Of a stretch of 64,000 nt of DNA, positions 62,330 to 64,000 are shown one piece after another; the stretch's first letter is position 1, and each line of letters opens with the position of its first letter. Source of the DNA: Leptogorgia sarmentosa (Eukaryota); assembly GCA_964658305.1 (NCBI GenBank), contig OZ210885.1:22816001-22880000 (forward strand), read 5' to 3'. The translations under genes were made by a program, and so were the position numbers. A model generated the notes under the pieces. It did no database searches. It saw only the letters and a program-made list of their open reading frames with translations, and had not been told where the DNA came from.

Positions 62330-64000
62330 ATTCTTCTGCTTCCTCTGGATAATGCAGCATAATCTTTTTTTTGTGGCGATCAATCCATTCCTTAAATTTA
62401 ACTTTGTCCAGTGAATGGGTGGGTTCATGTGATATCCCAACAAATGTCTCAAATGATCGACCCTCTTCTCTCTTAAAAGGCCTTAAACCTACTAATTAGT
62501 TTTTCATCATCAGTAGATGATTTGTGTGTGTGTGACCCTGACTTTGGGCGAATGTTCACTTGATCCTCAAATGCTTCCACAATCTCCGAGACACCGCCAC
62601 ACGCTCTGCTTGCTCTCTCAATTGCTTTTGCTGTCTTGTTGGCACCCATTGACCGGATTAGCTTTTTCATTTCGCAGTTCCTATTCTCCTGGAAGAGATC
62701 AATCTCAATGTTGTGACCAACACCGCCTTTCCAGTTAACTGTGGCAGCCCATTTGCAGCGATGAGCCTCTGCTTCTGACAATAGCACCTCACACTGCAGG
62801 ATGTTGATCAGCATTTCGATGGCAAATTCATTAAACCCAGGTGTTGCGAAGAAATGGGTCAACAGCTGTTTTCTCAGATTTGAAATGTAACCACCATTGC
62901 CAGTAGAAACAGCATCCTTAAAATCTGCTAACACCAGGAATGACTTCATGATGTTGACACCATAGCACCAAACACCATCTGCAACCTCTTTATTTCCACC
63001 AATGAAAATATATTCCTCAAGGAACTTGTCCAGAATATCTTTGATGTAGGTCTTCTGGTAAGCTTCGCTGAAGATGTTAACACTATGAGGACTGTTTGCT
63101 GTTGGTTTGCACTTTGCATCATCCATTTGGAAAAATTCCATAAGGGCTTCGATAACAAAGCACTTACCAACACTGAAGAACAGTTGCTCGCAGTCCTCAA
63201 AGTGTTTAACATCAACCATCACATTCCTGCGATTCAACTTCTCTCTGAAAAAGCGAAGTGTTCCCTTCTCTCTACCAGAATTCTTGTAAAGTTTTTTGAA
63301 AATTGTCTAGAAAAAAAAATATCACCTCATTGCACATTTTACTTTGATGACTGATTTCTTTTATCATGAAAACCTTGCAAAGTATCAGACAATTTATTGG
63401 TATCATAATTTTAAAAAGAATGCACAATATATGTGTACCTTCAAAAAACTTCTCTTTGTATGCCAATCAACAATACAAAAAGGATATAAGTGATCCAATC
63501 TGTGTTTTGCTGAATGGCACCCAGCTCTCAGATCCTTTGGCCCGGCAAATCGAACTCTGGTAAGTTGATCACCAAAGCATGGGATCTGCACACCATGTAA
63601 GGGATCACGGTCGGACGGAACAGGTGGGACATGGGAAGCAGGTTGGTCAGGCCTTGAGGTGGTTCCAATTGTGGCTGTTACATTCTCTGGTGGTTGATGT
63701 TCTGGAGAACATAGTCCAGCTGCAGTGTAAATGTCCTGTGTCCACTTTTCTAGTTGATCCAGGACATCAACACAGTCTGAGTATTTCTTCTCATCTTTCA
63801 TGAGCACAGGCATTGTCAATACTTCGGACTTCCTTGCCATTGCCTCTGGATGTTCACAGCTGGTGCTCAAAGGAACATAGTTCCTGAACATAGCAAATGC
63901 AGGGAAATGTTCAAACAGAATGTTTGCAACAAGTATTCTGTACCTGTCCCGAATTGCATCGAATTCCAGTCGATTGATATCCACCAGCTGATGGACATTG
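62330..64000 (-). pseudogene. Academ-type transposase of AcademH, partial, intron 63307-63438, C-terminal frameshift
   Basis: LMKDEK, CFGDQLTRVR, DWHTK, GTLRFF..LNRRNV, FKDAV..GNG, VNWKGG.GHNIEIDL.QE..N..K..I..MGANKT; splice restores frame. Confidence 0.75.

Larger units (their letters stand above)
59621..64000. mobile_element. AcademH DNA transposon (RecQ-like helicase + convergent transposase); continues beyond the window
   Basis: Begins CAACCTCGTACCCAGGGTCT exactly where the hAT frame stops; convergent helicase and Academ-like transposase genes. Confidence 0.8.

Overview
This is eukaryotic genomic DNA: AT-rich, with GT-AG introns confirmed by reading-frame continuity. An invertebrate host, probably an anthozoan cnidarian, is inferred from the element repertoire but cannot be proven here. 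No intact host gene was recognised. The window is a dense nest of decayed and nested transposable elements. DNA elements: an endonuclease-encoding Helitron (Helentron type) whose polyprotein begins with a 2A-like DVETNPGP motif and a herpesvirus-tegument-like deubiquitinase domain; AcademX (XPG nuclease) and AcademH (RecQ helicase); two IS3EU-like transposons each pairing a DDE transposase with a convergent HECT E3-ligase gene, plus a third HECT remnant; several hAT, Tc1/mariner and Kolobok copies; Polinton/Maverick remnants including a protein-primed PolB split by an intron. Retroelements: Gypsy and Copia elements with both LTRs and TSDs, two BEL/Pao fragments and a DIRS fragment. Also MITEs, foldbacks and minisatellites. 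The most notable signals are the 2A + deubiquitinase Helitron architecture, the recurrent transposase + HECT module, and the intron in the Polinton polymerase. All family assignments come from motif recognition by eye, not from database searches.
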